Assembly: GCA_052390575.1 (NCBI GenBank) | Contig: JBQTGU010000073.1 | Coordinates: 9,742-73,741 of the forward strand | Length of the DNA stretch: 64,000 bases | Reading direction: 5' to 3' | Source: Actinomycetota bacterium | GTDB taxonomy: Bacteria > Actinomycetota > Acidimicrobiia > IMCC26256 > JACDBD01 | Shown here: positions 17,159 through 27,362 of the stretch, piece by piece | Position numbering within the stretch: the first letter of the stretch is position 1 | How the letters are laid out: each line of letters begins with the position of its first letter | The notes under the pieces: generated by a model | Seen by the model: only the letters and a program-made list of their open reading frames with translations | What the model was told of the DNA's origin: nothing | Databases searched by the model: none | Position numbers and translations under genes: made by a program

Positions 17159-18061
17159 ATGGATCAGCGCGCCCTGCTGGCCGAGCTCGAACCCCGTGCT
17201 GCGGAGCTCCTCGAGCGGCATCTCGCGACGGCCCGAGAGTGGTTCCCGCATCTGCTGGTTCCGTGGAGCCGGGGGCGGGATTTCAGCGCGGATGAGCAGT
17301 GCCACACCGACGAGGCCCCCGTCAGCGGGGCCGCCAGGAGCGCGCTGTTCGTGAACCTCCTGACCGAAGACAATCTCCCGCACTACTTCCGCACGATCTC
17401 CGACTGGTTCGGCCGTGACGACGCATGGGGAACCTGGACCCGCCGCTGGACCGCGGAAGAGGGACGCCACGCCATCGTGATCCGGGACTACCTCACCGTA
17501 ACGCGGGCCATCGACCCGGTCGCGCTCGAGCGGGCGCGGATGACCCAGGTCTCGGATGGGGTGGTGCCGGAACCGCCGTCTCTGGCCGACGGGCTCGTGT
17601 ACGCGTCCCTTCAGGAGCTCGCGACCCGCATTGCGCACCACAACACCGGACGCCTGCTCTCCGACTCGGTTGGTCGCCGGATCATGACTCGGGTCGCCGC
17701 GGACGAGAACCTCCATCACCTCTTCTATCGAGACCTGACGACCGCCGCGCTGGCGATCGACCCGGCGACCGTCGTGCCCGCGATCGACCGACAAGTACGC
17801 CACTTCGCCATGCCCGGCACCGGGATCCCTGACTTCGCACGGCACGCCCGCGCGATAGCGAACGCGGGCGTCTACGACTTCGCCGCGCACCACGAGCAGA
17901 TCCTCGTTCCCGTGCTCTTGCGCCACTGGCGCGTCGACCGGCTCCAAGGCCTCAAGGCCACTGCCGAACAGGCTCGGGAACGACTCCTGAGCCACATCGA
18001 CCGCGTCGGCCGCATCGCCCGACGTCTCGTCGAACGGCGGAAGCCGCAGCCCGCAACCTGA
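17159..18061 (+). CDS. Acyl-ACP (stearoyl-ACP type) desaturase, DesA-like di-iron protein
   Basis: 300 aa. TEDNLPHY, WTAEEGRH and LQELATRIAHHN di-iron motifs. Confidence 0.85.
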   Translation: MDQRALLAELEPRAAELLERHLATAREWFPHLLVPWSRGRDFSADEQCHTDEAPVSGAARSALFVNLLTEDNLPHYFRTISDWFGRDDAWGTWTRRWTAEEGRHAIVIRDYLTVTRAIDPVALERARMTQVSDGVVPEPPSLADGLVYASLQELATRIAHHNTGRLLSDSVGRRIMTRVAADENLHHLFYRDLTTAALAIDPATVVPAIDRQVRHFAMPGTGIPDFARHARAIANAGVYDFAAHHEQILVPVLLRHWRVDRLQGLKATAEQARERLLSHIDRVGRIARRLVERRKPQPAT

Positions 18062-18085
18062 CAGCTTCTGCGGCCCGGAACAGGT

Positions 18086-18120
18086 TGGTGGTGGCGAGCC
18101 GGCCTGTACGCCGGAAACAG
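18086..18120 (+). repeat. Short dispersed repeat, copy 1
   Basis: GGTGGTGGCGAGCCGGCCTGTACGCCGGAAACAGT. The 22-nt core GCGAGCCGGCCTGTACGCCGGA is identical to 30547-30568. Contains a CCGGC/GCCGG hairpin. Confidence 0.6.
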
Positions 18121-18137
18121 TCACGCAGTCCAGCCGA

Positions 18138-19886
18138 CTAGCCGCATCCGGTTTCGGACCCGCGCTCGTGAGCGCCGATGTCGAACGCGGTGCCGGCGGG
18201 GATGGCGTTGCCGAAGAAATCGCGCGTCCCCATCTTCAGTCCGTGGATGGATCGCAGGTCGATCGCCGCGTCCACGAGCGGTGATCCTGCCGGGAGCAAG
18301 TACGCGCCCGGCTGGGTGCTGCCCGCGCCGACTCCGTCGCACACGGCGTCGGCTCCGGCCACCACCGCTCGCAGCGCGCCGTCGACCATCTCCTGGCCGG
18401 TGGCGTCGCTCCAGGTCTCGACGCTCTCGTAGGGGTCGGCCCAGATGATCCGGCGCGTCGAGCTGCCACCGATGTAGGCGTTGCCCTCGACCCGCAGGTC
18501 CTCACCGGCGTCGGGCCGGGGCACGTCGATGAACGTGACGTCCTCCCCCTCGGGCGACAGGAAGAGGTTGTTGCGGATGTGGATGCCCGCCCAGACGCCG
18601 CCCGGCGGTGTGTCGACGAGGTAGATCAGCCCCTGCCGGGAGTCCCCTTCGACGCCGTCGAGCGCACGGGCGAAGAACACGTTGTTGTGGATCTCGTAGT
18701 TCTCGACCGCACCGAACAGGAAGATCTGCGCGGTCATCACGGGCGGCAGCGCCTCGTGCCCGGGAAGGAGGCGACCGTTGTTCTCGAACACGTTGTAGCG
18801 GACGACGTTGTCACGGCCGACCCATCCGAGGGCGTCGGGCTCGGAGGCGAGGATCATTCCCCAGCCTTCGTTGTCGTGTACGAAGTTGTGCTGGATCACC
18901 GCGCCGTTCGCCCACACATCGATGCCGGCCGAATCGGTCGGCTCGGGCGGGTAGAAGCGCTGGTGGTACACCTCGTTGCGCTGCACCACGACGTCGCGGC
19001 CGCCATAGACGACGATGCCCATGGGGCCGTTGGCGCCGGGTGCCGGGGGGTTGTTGCCGCCGTTGTCGTGGACGAGGTTGTCCTCGATCCGCACGCCCTT
19101 GGCGTTGACGGCAGTGATCCCGCCCCCGAATCCGTTCGGGAGGCCGGCGCCGTCGTTGTCGAACGACTGTGTGTTCGCGACCTGCAGGTCGCGGATGCCG
19201 TACCGGTTGGCGCCGCCCTTCTGGGGGGCGCCGCCGTTGCCGAAGAACGTCGGACCGGAGGCGTTGCCGTGGGCGACGACGCCCTCGATCCGGATCCCCC
19301 GATAGTGACCTCGTGCGTGTTCGGTGTTCACGAGGATCGAATGCGAGAACCCGGTGATCTCGGTGTCGACGACGGCGATGTCGGCCAGCCGCTCCTTGGC
19401 GGTGCCGAACAGGACGCCCGCTCCGCCCAGGGCGGGATCGGCCCCGGTCAGGACGAGGTCGGTGACGTGCACGCCGCCGACGTCGATTCCGCTCACCGCG
19501 CTGAGGCCGGGCTCGGCGGGGGTCGTGATCGTGGCGCGCCCGTCGCCGTGCGAGCCGACTACCACCGGCTGGCCCTCCTTGCCGTGGGCGTTGGCGGCGG
19601 TGAGGAGGACGGCGCCCGTGAACGTGGCGCCGCCCTCGAAGAGGATTTGATCACCGGCCTGGTAGTCGCCGAGATTGACCCGGTCGATGGTCTCCCAGGC
19701 CTCGTCGGGGGACGTGCCGTCGTTGGCGTCGTCGCCGTCCGGGCTCACGTGGAAGGTGCGCCCGGGCTCGGCCCGAGCGGGCTCGGCGTCGACGGTCACG
19801 GCCGCCCCCGACACGAGCACCGCGACCAGTAGAGCGGCGCCGGCAGCGAGTCGGCGCCGGCGGGGTTGAGGTGTTGTGGGTTCCAT
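18138..19886 (-). CDS. Secreted right-handed parallel beta-helix repeat protein
   Basis: Tat-like RRRRLAAGAALL signal and repeated beta-helix segments. An alternative GTG start lies at 19922. Confidence 0.75.
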   Translation of the reverse strand: MEPTTPQPRRRRLAAGAALLVAVLVSGAAVTVDAEPARAEPGRTFHVSPDGDDANDGTSPDEAWETIDRVNLGDYQAGDQILFEGGATFTGAVLLTAANAHGKEGQPVVVGSHGDGRATITTPAEPGLSAVSGIDVGGVHVTDLVLTGADPALGGAGVLFGTAKERLADIAVVDTEITGFSHSILVNTEHARGHYRGIRIEGVVAHGNASGPTFFGNGGAPQKGGANRYGIRDLQVANTQSFDNDGAGLPNGFGGGITAVNAKGVRIEDNLVHDNGGNNPPAPGANGPMGIVVYGGRDVVVQRNEVYHQRFYPPEPTDSAGIDVWANGAVIQHNFVHDNEGWGMILASEPDALGWVGRDNVVRYNVFENNGRLLPGHEALPPVMTAQIFLFGAVENYEIHNNVFFARALDGVEGDSRQGLIYLVDTPPGGVWAGIHIRNNLFLSPEGEDVTFIDVPRPDAGEDLRVEGNAYIGGSSTRRIIWADPYESVETWSDATGQEMVDGALRAVVAGADAVCDGVGAGSTQPGAYLLPAGSPLVDAAIDLRSIHGLKMGTRDFFGNAIPAGTAFDIGAHERGSETGCG

Positions 19887-19989
19887 ACCCCATCTGTCGT
19901 CGCGCGAGCGCCATGGGTTCACGAGATCCGGCTCGAATCACGAAACCGTGGCCGAACCGAAACGGCCTCCCGACACGACACCTCCTGCG

Positions 19990-20883
19990 ATGGCTGTCAT
20001 CGAGGTGTGCAATCTCACGAAGCGGTACGGGCCGGTCGTGGCCGTCGACGACCTCAGCCTGGTCGTGGACGCGGGCACCGTGACCGCCTTCCTGGGCCGG
20101 AACGGTGCCGGCAAGACCACGACGTTGCGCGCCGTTCTTGGCCTCGTCGCACCGACGTCGGGCACGACAACGATTCTCGGCGAGCCGTACCACCGGCTGC
20201 GCGATCCCGCCCGCCGGGTCGGCGCGGTGCTCGAGGCGGCCGGGTTCCACCCCGGCCGTTCCGGACGCAACCACCTACGGGTGCTGGCCGCGGCCGCGGG
20301 CGTCCCGGTTTCCCATGTCGACGAAGTGTTGCGGCTGGTCGGGCTGAGCGACGCCGCCGGCCGCCGGGTCCGGGGCTACTCGCTCGGCATGCGCCAGCGC
20401 CTCGCGCTCGCCGGTGCGCTGCTCGGTGACCCCGAGGTGCTGATCCTCGACGAACCGGCCAACGGCCTCGACCCCGAGGGGGTCCGCTGGCTGCGCGACC
20501 TCCTCCGCCACGTCGCCGGCGAGGGCCGCACCGTCCTGGTCTCGAGCCACGTGCTCGCCGAAGTCGCGCAGACGGCCGACCGGGTCGCGATCGTCCACCG
20601 GGGACGGCTGGTGGAGCACGCCACTGTCGACGAGCTGTCGAACCGCACCGCCGGCGGCGTGGTCGCCCGCAGCCCGCAGGCGCGTGAGCTCGCGGTGGTG
20701 CTGGCGGCCGAGGGCATCGCGGTACGTCCCGGTGACGACGGCGAGGTCGCGATCAGCGGCACGGATGCGAGCCACGTCGGCCGGGTCGCCTCGGAGCATT
20801 CCATCACCTTGCACGAGCTGGTGACGGAGCGGTCGACGCTCGAGGACGTGTTCCTGGAGCTCACGAAGGAGAGCGCGGCGTGA
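19990..20883 (+). CDS. ABC transporter ATP-binding protein (ABC-2 type)
   Basis: Walker A GRNGAGKTT, signature YSLGMRQR, Walker B LILDEP. Confidence 0.9.
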   Translation: MAVIEVCNLTKRYGPVVAVDDLSLVVDAGTVTAFLGRNGAGKTTTLRAVLGLVAPTSGTTTILGEPYHRLRDPARRVGAVLEAAGFHPGRSGRNHLRVLAAAAGVPVSHVDEVLRLVGLSDAAGRRVRGYSLGMRQRLALAGALLGDPEVLILDEPANGLDPEGVRWLRDLLRHVAGEGRTVLVSSHVLAEVAQTADRVAIVHRGRLVEHATVDELSNRTAGGVVARSPQARELAVVLAAEGIAVRPGDDGEVAISGTDASHVGRVASEHSITLHELVTERSTLEDVFLELTKESAA

Positions 20884-21632
20884 CCGAGCTCGGCCGGCTG
20901 CTGCACGCGGAGTGGATCAAGCTCCGGACCACCCGGATGACCTGGGTGCTCGTGGGCGTTGCTGCCGTCTTCACCGGCTTCGTCGTGCTGGCGGCGCTGG
21001 CCGCGCCCGAGATCGAGGGCAAGGCGGTGGGAAGCCTCGAGGACGCCCTCCGGCTGGTGTTCTCGTCCACGAGCAGCCCCGCGCCGGTGCTGGCCGTGCT
21101 GGGCGCGCTCCTGGTCGCGGGCGAGTACCGCCACGGCACGATCACCCCCACCTTCCTCGCCGAGCCGGTGCGCGGTCGCGTGCTCGCCGGGAAGATCGGC
21201 ATCGCCCTCGCGGTCGGTCTCGTGGGCGCGCTGGGCGCGGCGGTCATCACGACCGGCGTCGCCATACCCTCCCTCGACGACGTCGGCATCGAGCTCGAGC
21301 TGGGCGACGCGGTCGTCCGGGGCCCGTTGCTTGGCGCGCTCGTTGGCCTTCCCCTCTGGTGTGCCCTAGGCGCGGCCGTCGGCGCCGGAGTCCGCAACCA
21401 GGTGGCGGCGGTCGCGCTCATCCTCGGTTGGGGGGCGGTCGTCGAACCCGCGGTCTTCGGGTTGGCCCCGGCCGTCGGCCGCCACCTCCCCGCGACCGCG
21501 TCCCAGGCGCTGGCGGGGAACCCGACCGCTGACCTGCTCGCACCGTGGGCCGGCGGGCTCGTGCTCGCCGGGTACCTGATCGGAACCGCCGCCATCGCCG
21601 CGCTAGTCGTTGTTCGGCGCGACGTCTCGTGA
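20880..21632 (+). CDS. ABC-2 family permease
   Basis: 250 aa with six hydrophobic segments. GTGA overlap with the ATPase gene. Confidence 0.8.
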   Translation: MTELGRLLHAEWIKLRTTRMTWVLVGVAAVFTGFVVLAALAAPEIEGKAVGSLEDALRLVFSSTSSPAPVLAVLGALLVAGEYRHGTITPTFLAEPVRGRVLAGKIGIALAVGLVGALGAAVITTGVAIPSLDDVGIELELGDAVVRGPLLGALVGLPLWCALGAAVGAGVRNQVAAVALILGWGAVVEPAVFGLAPAVGRHLPATASQALAGNPTADLLAPWAGGLVLAGYLIGTAAIAALVVVRRDVS

Positions 21633-21633
21633 T

Positions 21634-22815
21634 ATGGGAGGAAGAGTGACCAGCAAACGGATCCTCGGAGTTGCCGCCGGGCTGGCGCTGGCGATCGCGG
21701 CGTGCTCGGGGGAGTCCCCGAGCGCAGTGGACACCGCCGACCGTCCCCCGTCGGCGGCGCCGGGCCCGGGCGCGCCGGAGGTGCCCTGCGACCCCGCCGG
21801 CGGCATCACGCTGGCGCCGCCCGACCAGGGGATCTACACCGGCGTGTACGCCCAGGGCGTCGACATCGCCGCCCACCCCAACCCGCCCGACGTGCACCGC
21901 ACGAATCTGTCGACCTACGCCGAGCTGGCGGGCAAGTCTCCGGCGGCGGGCGTGGTGCTCGACATCTGGTTCGACGGCGAGATCGAGTTCCCGGCCGAGC
22001 AGGTGGAGGCGGTCTGGGAGCGCGGGGCGTTGCCGCGACTCGCGCTGTGGCCGATGTCGGCCTGGGACTATGCCGGCGCCCCCGACCCCGTCTTCTCGAT
22101 GCAGGCGGTCATCGACGGCGAGTTCGACGACCAGCTGACCGACTACGCGGCGGGCGCGAAGGCATCGGGTCTCCCGCTGATGGCCGGCTTCGGCGGCGAG
22201 GTCAGCGGCGGCTGGCCCTGGAGTGGCGACCACAACGGCGGCGGAACGACCACGAAGTACGGCGACGACGAGTGGCCCGATGGCCCCGAGCGCTACCGCG
22301 ACGCCTACCGCCACGTCGTCGAACTGTTCCGCGCCGCCGGCGCGAACAACGTCACCTGGGTGTTCCACATCGGCCTGCCGTTCCCCGGCGACCCCGAATG
22401 GAATGCCAACCGCTGGTACTACCCCGGCGACGAGTACATCGACTGGATCGCCACCAGCCTGTACGGGGCCTACCCGGGTCTTCCGATGACGTTCCCGGTC
22501 ACGGAGACGATGGACACGCTCTACGCCGAGATGGCCGCCCTCTCCGCCACGAAGCCGCTCGCGATCGTCGAGATGGGTACGACCGAGCACGCCGACCTCG
22601 ACAAGGCGCAGTGGATCCGGGACGGGTTCGACGGCCTGCGATCGGGCCGGTGGCCCCGGCTCGCGCTCGTGACCTGGTGGCACGAGTACTCGGAGGCTGA
22701 CGACGGCAGCGACGCCTCGACCGCGATCGACTCGTCCCCGGAGGCGCTCGCCGCTTATCAGGAAGGCGTGGCCGACCCCGTGTTCGTAGACACCCCGCAG
22801 TTCGCCTGTCCATGA
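21634..22815 (+). CDS. GH26-like glycoside hydrolase lipoprotein
   Basis: Lipobox LAIAAC. GH26-like blocks (WPWSGD, NVTWVFH, WYYPGDEYIDW, VEMG). The start could instead be GTG 21646. Confidence 0.65.
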   Translation: MGGRVTSKRILGVAAGLALAIAACSGESPSAVDTADRPPSAAPGPGAPEVPCDPAGGITLAPPDQGIYTGVYAQGVDIAAHPNPPDVHRTNLSTYAELAGKSPAAGVVLDIWFDGEIEFPAEQVEAVWERGALPRLALWPMSAWDYAGAPDPVFSMQAVIDGEFDDQLTDYAAGAKASGLPLMAGFGGEVSGGWPWSGDHNGGGTTTKYGDDEWPDGPERYRDAYRHVVELFRAAGANNVTWVFHIGLPFPGDPEWNANRWYYPGDEYIDWIATSLYGAYPGLPMTFPVTETMDTLYAEMAALSATKPLAIVEMGTTEHADLDKAQWIRDGFDGLRSGRWPRLALVTWWHEYSEADDGSDASTAIDSSPEALAAYQEGVADPVFVDTPQFACP

Positions 22816-22833
22816 GCGCGGGAGCTCCGCAGG

Positions 22834-24027
22834 TCAGGACTTGGCCCGCGGCAGGTGCAACCGGATCATGGCCCCACCCTCCGGCCGGTTGACGGCTTCC
22901 GCCCGCCCGCCGTGGGCCTCGACGACCGAACGCACGATGGCCAGGCCGATCCCCGAGCCGTTGCGGTCGGTCGTCCCGTCGCCCCGGCTGAAGCGGTCGA
23001 ACACCCGCGGCAGCAGATCGGGCGCGAACCCGGGTCCGTCGTCGACGACCTCGACGACCGCCTCCCGCCCCTCCGTGCGCACCGCGAGCCGCACCGTCGG
23101 CGCCCGCCGGGCGGCGTTCTCGGTCACGTTGGTGACCGCCTGGCGAAGCAGCGTGTAGTCGGCGTCGATGACGGTGGCGTCGCTCGGCTGCACTTCGACC
23201 GTCGTGTTGTCGGCCCGCACTGAGGCCGCCACCTCCTCGATCAGCAGGTCGAGACGCAGCGGCGCCCGCCGCGGCACGGCCTGGCCCGCTTCGAGCCGGG
23301 CGAGGTCGAGCATCTCGGCCACGCCCGAGCCGGCGCGCTCGGCCGCGGCCCGGATCTCCGACAGCGCCCGCACGTACTCCTCCGATTCGTGCGGGCGAGT
23401 CAGGGCCTGGCTGGCCGAGGCCTGGATCACCGCGATCGGCGTGCGGAGCTCGTGGGCGGCGTTGGCGAGGAACTCGCGCTGCTGGTCGAGGGCGCGCCGC
23501 GCCGGACGGAGCGAGCGGCCCGCCAGCCAGAACCCGGCCAGCGAGGTGGCGAGCACGATCGCGACCGCCGCGAGCACGATGCGCAGCCGCAGCGAGTCGG
23601 CGCTGGCCTGGGTGTCGCCGAGCCAGTACGCCCCCACCACCGCCAGGGACGAGCTGGGGTATTGCTGGGCGTACAGGAGGTAGTCCTCGCCGTCCTGGGA
23701 AAAGCTCCGCGTCGCCGGGCCGTACTCGACCGCGTCCTTCGCCACCGAGCGCAGCGGCGGCTCGACGCCGAACTCGCCGAGGGGCTGCACGAACTCGTTC
23801 TCGGGGTCGGTCTCGACCAGCCACATGTCGTACTGGTCCTGCGTCGGGTTCTCGAGGTCGAGGAAGCCGAGCACGTAGGCGACCTGCTGCTCGATCTCCC
23901 GCTGGGCCTCGTCGTCGATTCGCCCGGTTCCCGAGCGGATCGCCACCACTGCCAGTGTGCCCACCGCCAACGCCGACACCAGCCCGAACACGAGTGCGAG
24001 GCGGACGCGGACGCGGGTGAGGTTCAT
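22834..24027 (-). CDS. Sensor histidine kinase
   Basis: Two TM segments, H-box AAHELRTP, N and G boxes (DDGPGF, GSGIGLAIV). ATGA overlap with the regulator gene. Confidence 0.9.
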   Translation of the reverse strand: MNLTRVRVRLALVFGLVSALAVGTLAVVAIRSGTGRIDDEAQREIEQQVAYVLGFLDLENPTQDQYDMWLVETDPENEFVQPLGEFGVEPPLRSVAKDAVEYGPATRSFSQDGEDYLLYAQQYPSSSLAVVGAYWLGDTQASADSLRLRIVLAAVAIVLATSLAGFWLAGRSLRPARRALDQQREFLANAAHELRTPIAVIQASASQALTRPHESEEYVRALSEIRAAAERAGSGVAEMLDLARLEAGQAVPRRAPLRLDLLIEEVAASVRADNTTVEVQPSDATVIDADYTLLRQAVTNVTENAARRAPTVRLAVRTEGREAVVEVVDDGPGFAPDLLPRVFDRFSRGDGTTDRNGSGIGLAIVRSVVEAHGGRAEAVNRPEGGAMIRLHLPRAKS

Positions 24028-24692
24028 ACGACGAGCCGGTAGCCGACGCGACGGACGGTCTCGATCGGCAGTGGTCGGTCGGGGAGATCGAGCTTGCGTC
24101 GGAGGCTGGCGACATGGACGTCGACGACGTTCGACAGACCGTCGTAGTGGGCGTCCCAGACGTGCTCGATGCAGTCGGTGCGCGAGACCACCTCTCCCGG
24201 GCGGGCCATGAGGTAGTGAAGCAGGGCGAATTCCCGCGGGGTGAGCGGAATCAGCACGCCGGTGCGCCAGACGCGATGGGCGGCGGGGTCGAGGCGCAGG
24301 TCGTCGACCTCGAGCACGGGCGTCCCCTCGACCGCGGGGCGACGCAGCAGTGCCCGGGCCCGCGCCGCGAGCTCGGGAAAGTCGAATGGCTTGGCGAGGT
24401 AGTCGTCGGCGCCGGCGTCGAGCCCCAGGACCTTGTCCGGGACGGTGTCGCGGGCGGTGAGGATGAGCACCCGGGTCGACGCCCCGGCGGCGCGGACCTG
24501 CCGGCACAGGGCGAGACCGTCGCCGTCGGGCAGCCCGAGGTCGAGCACGAGGAGGTCGTAGTCGGATATCGCGACGGCCTGGTCGGCGCCGGCGACCGAC
24601 GTCTCGAGGTCGACGGCGTGGCCCTCCTCCCGCAGACCCCGGGCGAGGACGTCACCAAGGGCCGGATCGTCCTCCACGACGAGCACTCGCAT
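24024..24692 (-). CDS. OmpR-family response regulator
   Basis: Receiver domain (DLLVLDLGLPDGDG) plus winged-helix (VRRVGYRL). Confidence 0.9.
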   Translation of the reverse strand: MRVLVVEDDPALGDVLARGLREEGHAVDLETSVAGADQAVAISDYDLLVLDLGLPDGDGLALCRQVRAAGASTRVLILTARDTVPDKVLGLDAGADDYLAKPFDFPELAARARALLRRPAVEGTPVLEVDDLRLDPAAHRVWRTGVLIPLTPREFALLHYLMARPGEVVSRTDCIEHVWDAHYDGLSNVVDVHVASLRRKLDLPDRPLPIETVRRVGYRLVV

Positions 24693-24779
24693 CGTTCCAT
24701 GATCGCGCCTGGGTTCATGAGCGCACGATGAAGGCGCGCTTCACCTTTCCCACACTGCCGTCTCCGTAGGGTCGCCTCG

Positions 24780-26048
24780 ATGGCTCCCGACGACCATGCC
24801 CTCGTCGCCCACCTGCTGCGCCGGACCGGATTCGGCCCGGCGCCGGGCGCGGTCGAGGAGCTGGCCGCGGGCGGGGTCGACGCCGCCGTCGACGCGGTGC
24901 TCGCAGCCGAGCCGCTCGACCCGGGCGAGCCGTCCCTCGACGACGACCCGGACGACGACGACTACGACGCGCCCGTGCGCCACTGGCTCGGCCTCATGGC
25001 GAGGCCGGAGGCGGGACTGCACGAGAAGCTCACCTGGTTCTGGCACGGGCATCTGAGCTCCAGCTACGACAAGGTCGGCTCGTGGCAGATGATGTGGCAG
25101 CAGCACCTCCTGCTGCGCGAGCACGCCCTCGGGAACTTCCGGAGCCTGCTCCAAGCGGCCACGGTCGACCCCGGGATGCTCGTGTACCTCGACGGCGACG
25201 GCTCGTACGCCGACGCCCCCAACGAGAACTACAGCCGCGAGCTCATGGAGCTGTTCGCCCTCGGGCGCGGCAACTACACCCAGGACGACGTCGCTGCCGG
25301 CGCGGTCGCGCTCTCGGGGTGGTACGTCGACTACGAGAACGGAACCGCCGACTTCGATCCCGACGCGGGGCCGGCCGCGCCGGTGACGTACCTGGGCCGC
25401 GACGTGGCCGACGCGTCCGGCGTCGTCGACGCGGTGTGCGACCACCCCGCCTGTCCCCACCATGTTGCCGCCGAGCTGCACCGCTTCCTCGCCGGTGTCG
25501 AGCCCGAGCCGGCCCGCCACGAGGAGCTCGCCCGGGTGTTCGCCGACAGCGGCCTCGAGATCCGGCCGCTGGTCGAGGCGATCGTGCGTGACCGGTCGTT
25601 CCTCGAGCTCCGACTCAACCGCCCCCGCTACCCGGTGGAGTGGGTGGCCGCCGCCATCGGCGCGTTCGGCTTCGAGGACGCCGCGCTGGCCGACTACGAG
25701 CAGGACGTGGAGTCGCTCGCGTACCAGACGTGCTACGTGCTCAACCAGGTCCCGTTCTACCCGCCCAACGTCGCCGGATGGCCGCCGGGCCCGCGCTGGC
25801 TCGCCCCCAGCTACGCCGCCGCCCGCGCCGGTTTGGTGTCGTACGGATCGGCGGCGTCACCGCTCGCCGAAACCGAGGATCCGCTGACCGGGGTGCTCGC
25901 TCGCTGCTCGCTCTACGAGGTGTCGCCCACGACGCTCGCCGCGCTCCAGCAGGCGGCGGCGACGCTGCTCCACGCCGAAGATCCTGCCACCGCCGCCGCG
26001 ACGCTGATCGGGTTGGCGGTCTCGTCGCCGGAGTTCGCGCTCGCATGA
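24780..26048 (+). CDS. DUF1800 family protein
   Basis: LLRRTGFGP, WFWHGH, NENYSRELMELF motifs. Confidence 0.85.
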   Translation: MAPDDHALVAHLLRRTGFGPAPGAVEELAAGGVDAAVDAVLAAEPLDPGEPSLDDDPDDDDYDAPVRHWLGLMARPEAGLHEKLTWFWHGHLSSSYDKVGSWQMMWQQHLLLREHALGNFRSLLQAATVDPGMLVYLDGDGSYADAPNENYSRELMELFALGRGNYTQDDVAAGAVALSGWYVDYENGTADFDPDAGPAAPVTYLGRDVADASGVVDAVCDHPACPHHVAAELHRFLAGVEPEPARHEELARVFADSGLEIRPLVEAIVRDRSFLELRLNRPRYPVEWVAAAIGAFGFEDAALADYEQDVESLAYQTCYVLNQVPFYPPNVAGWPPGPRWLAPSYAAARAGLVSYGSAASPLAETEDPLTGVLARCSLYEVSPTTLAALQQAAATLLHAEDPATAAATLIGLAVSSPEFALA

Positions 26049-27292
26049 GCGACCTGTCCCGCCGTCGCTTCCTGCAAATCGGTCTGGGTGCCGGCGCCGC
26101 CGGCTTTGCCGCCCGTGGGCTGCCGTCGCGAGGCGCCAGCCGCTCGCTGACGGCGCCGGCACCCGGGACCACCGCGCGGGCCGGGCCGCTCGGCGAGCGC
26201 GCCCTCGTCGTGCTCGAGATGGCCGGCGGCAACGACGGGCTCTCGATGGTCGTGCCCTACGCCGACCCCGCGTACCCGAAGCTGCGTCCCGACCTCGCGG
26301 TCGATCCCGAGTCGGTGCTCGTCATCGACGAGCAGTTGGGCCTGCACCCGTCACTGCCCAGGCTGCACGGGCGCGGTCCCGCGATCGTGGCCGGCGTCGG
26401 CACCGCCGCGCCCGACCTGTCGCACTTCGAGATGCTGCGGCGTTGGTGGACCGCCGACCCCGACGGGACGCTCAACCCGTCGACCGGCTTCTTCGGCCGC
26501 ATCTGCGACGTGATCGGCGACCCGGCGGCCCCGGTGGTCGGCCTCTCGCTCGGCTACGGGCCGTCGCTGGCATTGGAAGCAGAGCGGGTCGTCACCCTGT
26601 CGATGGACCCGCACAGCGACGGCGCGTTCCCGTCGCCGGGCGACGGCGGCCTGCTCGACGAGGCCTGGTTCGCGGCCCAGCGCGCGATGGCGCAGCCCGA
26701 CCGGGCCGAGGCGGAGACGTTCCTCGCGCCGGCCCGCCGCGGCACCGAGGTCGCGCTCACCTTCGCCGACGTCGTGCGCGAGCTGCCCCGCGGACGAAAG
26801 GGCTATCCGCACACCGACCTCGGCGCGCAACTGCGGATGGCGGCCCGCGTCCTGGCCGCCGACATCGGCGTGCGGATCGTGCACGTCCCCTACGGCGCCG
26901 ACTTCGACACCCACGAGGAGCACGGGGAGCGGTACCCGAAGCTGATGGCCGACCTCGACGACGCCCTCGACGCCTTCCTCGTCGACATCGAGCACCGCGA
27001 CCTGGCTGGTTCGGTGTTGGTGGCGTCGCTGAGCGAGTTCGGACGACGGGTCCCCGAGAACGGGTCCGGCCTCGACCACGGCGCCGCGTCGGCCGCGTTC
27101 CTGCTGGGGCCGGTCGAGGCGGGCATCCACGGTGAGCAGCCGTCGCTCGAGGACCTCGACGACGACGGCAACCTGGTCGCCACGGTCGGGATGACCGACT
27201 ACTACGCCACCATCGCCGAGCACTGGTTCGGCGTCCCCGCCGGCGAGGTCCTCGCCGCCCCGGTGGTGCCACTCATCGGTGTCATCCGGTGA
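26045..27292 (+). CDS. DUF1501 family protein (Tat signal)
   Basis: MSDLSRRRFLQIG twin-arginine signal. ATGA overlap with the DUF1800 gene. Confidence 0.85.
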   Translation: MSDLSRRRFLQIGLGAGAAGFAARGLPSRGASRSLTAPAPGTTARAGPLGERALVVLEMAGGNDGLSMVVPYADPAYPKLRPDLAVDPESVLVIDEQLGLHPSLPRLHGRGPAIVAGVGTAAPDLSHFEMLRRWWTADPDGTLNPSTGFFGRICDVIGDPAAPVVGLSLGYGPSLALEAERVVTLSMDPHSDGAFPSPGDGGLLDEAWFAAQRAMAQPDRAEAETFLAPARRGTEVALTFADVVRELPRGRKGYPHTDLGAQLRMAARVLAADIGVRIVHVPYGADFDTHEEHGERYPKLMADLDDALDAFLVDIEHRDLAGSVLVASLSEFGRRVPENGSGLDHGAASAAFLLGPVEAGIHGEQPSLEDLDDDGNLVATVGMTDYYATIAEHWFGVPAGEVLAAPVVPLIGVIR

Positions 27293-27362
27293 CGTGGGGC
27301 GGTGACGACGGGGCCCGGACGACCGGTGAACCGCTGGACCGCGCCACCACGACAGACATGGC

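Noticed and set aside
18093-18114. The repeat core as a tRNA 3' fragment or a cobalamin-riboswitch B12-box (GCCGGAGAC-like).
   Set aside because: There is no T-loop consensus (GTTCGAATC-like) and no full cloverleaf. Both copies lie downstream of genes rather than in 5' leaders, and the rest of the riboswitch core is absent.
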